Source: Podarcis tiliguerta (taxonomy: Eukaryota). From it: a stretch of DNA of 64,000 nt. Location: the NCBI GenBank assembly GCA_965153285.1, contig OZ229116.1, one strand, 5' to 3'. Position 1 is the first letter of the stretch. Every line of letters starts with the position of its first letter. The position numbers and the translations under genes are program-made. Under the pieces are notes generated by a model, which was not told the origin of the DNA, made no database searches, and was given only the letters and a program-made list of their open reading frames with translations. Below, in pieces: positions 63,791-64,000 of the stretch.

Positions 63791-64000
63791 TAAAGGTAAA
63801 GGTAAAGGTACCCCTGCCCGTTCGGGCCAGTCTTGCCAGACTCTAGGGTTGTGCGCCCATCTCACTTAAGAGGCCGGGGGCCAGCGCTGTCCGAAGACAC
63901 TTCCGGGTCACATGGCCAGCGTGACAAGCTGCATCTGGCGAGCCAGCGCAGCACACGGAACGCCGTTTACCTTCCCGCTGGTAAGCGGTCCCTATTTATC
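63791..64000 (-). mobile_element. Sauria SINE (second subfamily), runs off the window
   Basis: (taaagg)n then tacccctgcccg...cttccgggtcacatggccagc. Confidence 0.9.

Overview
Vertebrate (not prokaryotic) genomic DNA from a squamate reptile, most likely a lacertid lizard, judged from Sauria SINEs with (ACCTTT)n tails, Squam3-like SINEs and Bov-B LINEs. The window is mostly intronic/intergenic and repeat-rich: SINEs, Bov-B, L2, L1, CR1 and Rex1 LINE ends, hAT and Tc1/mariner MITEs, five solo or partial LTRs, and fossils of a Gypsy gag, an L1 RT and a hAT-related (hATm-like) transposase. No complete host gene can be named, and almost all ORFs in the six-frame track are chance or repeat-derived. 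The most notable signals are: (1) LTRs that carry a reading frame starting at the LTR edge, one intact for about 210 codons and three others sharing an acidic, Trp-containing peptide with in-frame indels; (2) a chain of well-spliced, partly phase-compatible minus-strand exon candidates from about 59.4 kb to 23.5 kb, some with premature stops, suggesting an unidentified and possibly decaying multi-exon gene; (3) eight N-runs whose lengths look like computational masks rather than assembly gaps, each sitting in enhancer-like unique sequence, suggesting a cluster of conserved non-coding elements; (4) a possible terminal exon and 3' UTR of a plus-strand gene at 2.15-2.93 kb. Family names come from remembered consensus motifs, not from database searches.
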